15,002 nt of DNA, taken from the IMG/VR virus record IMGVR_UViG_2579779049_000022, one strand, 5' to 3'. Positions within the stretch are counted from its first letter, which is position 1; every line of letters starts with the position of its first letter. The stretch comes from a virus (taxonomy: Duplodnaviria > Heunggongvirae > Uroviricota > Caudoviricetes). The position numbers were made by a program, and so were the translations under genes. Under the pieces are notes generated by a model. The model made no database searches. It was not told the origin of the DNA and was given only the letters and a program-made list of their open reading frames with translations. Of the stretch, positions 14,152 through 15,002 are shown one piece after another.

Positions 14152-14488
14152 TTTATCCTCCATTGAGGTTCTGGGTTAAAAATGGAGACCAACACGCTGT
14201 CACGTGTGGTCGTGCGCCGGACACGGATAAGAATCCGGTACTGACAGTTTACTGAAAGGATATTTCCCTGAAAAGTCAGGGCATAACGCGAAAGCGTACG
14301 GCGAAGCTCTTTCCCTTAGAAGGCTTGTCGTTAGATTTCTTCGAACGTGCGCTTCCGGTTGTGGCACTCCGCGAAATGGCGCGGCGGTAAGTATGGCGGG
14401 GTTATTCCTTCCCCGTTGAGGACACCGGGTTGTCAGGTTGACCATACGCTTAAGTGACAACCCCGCTGCAACGCCCTCTGTTATCAAT

Positions 14489-14541
14489 TTTCTGGTGACG
14501 TTTGGCGGTATCAGTTTTACTCCGTGGCTGCTCTGCCGCCC
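14489..14541 (+). ncRNA. dicF: DicF small regulatory RNA (ftsZ-targeting sRNA of Qin-type prophages) with intrinsic terminator
   Basis: TTTCTGGTGACGTTTGGCGGTATCAGTTTTACTCCGTGGCTGCTCTGCCGCCC followed by TTTTT matches recalled E. coli DicF (53 nt) with about one substitution. Lies upstream of dicB as in Qin. Confidence 0.8.
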
Positions 14542-14721
14542 TTTTTAAAGTGAATTTTGTGATGCGGTGAATGCGGCTAAGCGCACGCGGAACAGTTAAA
14601 ACAAGCGGTCTTTTACGGGCGTAACGGGAATGCTCTGTATCCGGCGTTAATTGTTAACTGGTTAACGTCACCTGGAGGCACCAGGCACTGCATCACAAAA
14701 TTCATTGTTGAGGACGCGATA

Positions 14722-14910
14722 ATGGAAACGTTATTACCAAACGTTAATACGTCTGAAGGTTGTTTTGAAATTGGTGTCACTATCAGTAACCCTGTATTTA
14801 CTGAAGATGCCATTAACAAGAGAAAACACGAACGGGAGCTATTAAATAAAATATGCATTCTTTCAATGCTGGCCCGTTTACGTCCGATACAAAAAGGATG
14901 CTGGCAATGA
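14722..14910 (+). CDS. dicB: Cell-division inhibitor DicB
   Basis: 62 aa product METLLPNVNTSEGCFEIGVTISNPVFTEDAINKRKHERELLNKICILSMLARLRPIQKGCWQ closely matches recalled DicB. RBS GAGGA 7 nt upstream. Confidence 0.85.
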   Translation: METLLPNVNTSEGCFEIGVTISNPVFTEDAINKRKHERELLNKICILSMLARLRPIQKGCWQ

Positions 14911-15002
14911 ATACAGCATTTGCACTTGTTCTGACAGTTTTTCTTGTTTCCGGAGAGCCAGTTGATATTGCAGTCAGTGTTCACAGGACAATGCAGGAGT
15001 GT
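14907..15002 (+). CDS. ydfD: YdfD-like small membrane/lysis protein, N-terminal part (runs off window)
   Basis: ATG overlaps the dicB stop (ATGA). Encodes MNTAFALVLTVFLVSGEPVDIAVSVHRTMQEC, matching the recalled YdfD N-terminus with a hydrophobic segment. Confidence 0.6.
   Translation, partial: MNTAFALVLTVFLVSGEPVDIAVSVHRTMQEC

Noticed and set aside
14200-14487. Minus-strand 95-aa ORF
   Set aside because: Product is Pro/Arg-rich and random-looking with no RBS. It lies in the structured non-coding region upstream of DicF and runs antisense to the dic operon.
14613-14984. Minus-strand 123-aa ORF
   Set aside because: Antisense shadow of dicB and ydfD, which are well supported. Cys-rich low-complexity product.

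Overview
This window reads as an E. coli-type lambdoid (Qin/Rac-like) prophage segment lying next to tRNA-Arg(CCU) argW, probably defective or mosaic. All calls rest on reading the sequence and on recalled family signatures; no searches were run. Left to right: an inverted IS3-family (IS629/IS1203-like) end that truncates a membrane-protein gene; argW (minus); a divergent tyrosine integrase; a convergent AlpA-like regulator; then a long minus-strand operon with many overlapping or abutting start/stop junctions (MT-A70 methyltransferase, antirepressor-like, DUF551, two Ea22-like paralogues, zinc-ribbon protein, DUF4406, replication-initiator-like gene with embedded iterons, YdaT-like, YdaS/Cro-like). 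This operon is interrupted by a second, truncated IS copy. An immunity switch (12355-12453) separates it from a plus-strand DicA-like repressor, a YdfA-like gene, DicF sRNA, dicB and the start of ydfD. The most interesting candidate is an AT-rich two-gene convergent cassette (13303-14151) plus an ORF-poor structured region (14152-14488) sitting between ydfA-like and dicF, in the repressor-side operon where lambdoid prophages usually carry exclusion or defence cargo. Also notable are the integrase lying on the 5' side of a complete argW and the iteron/AT-rich origin-like architecture inside the replication gene.
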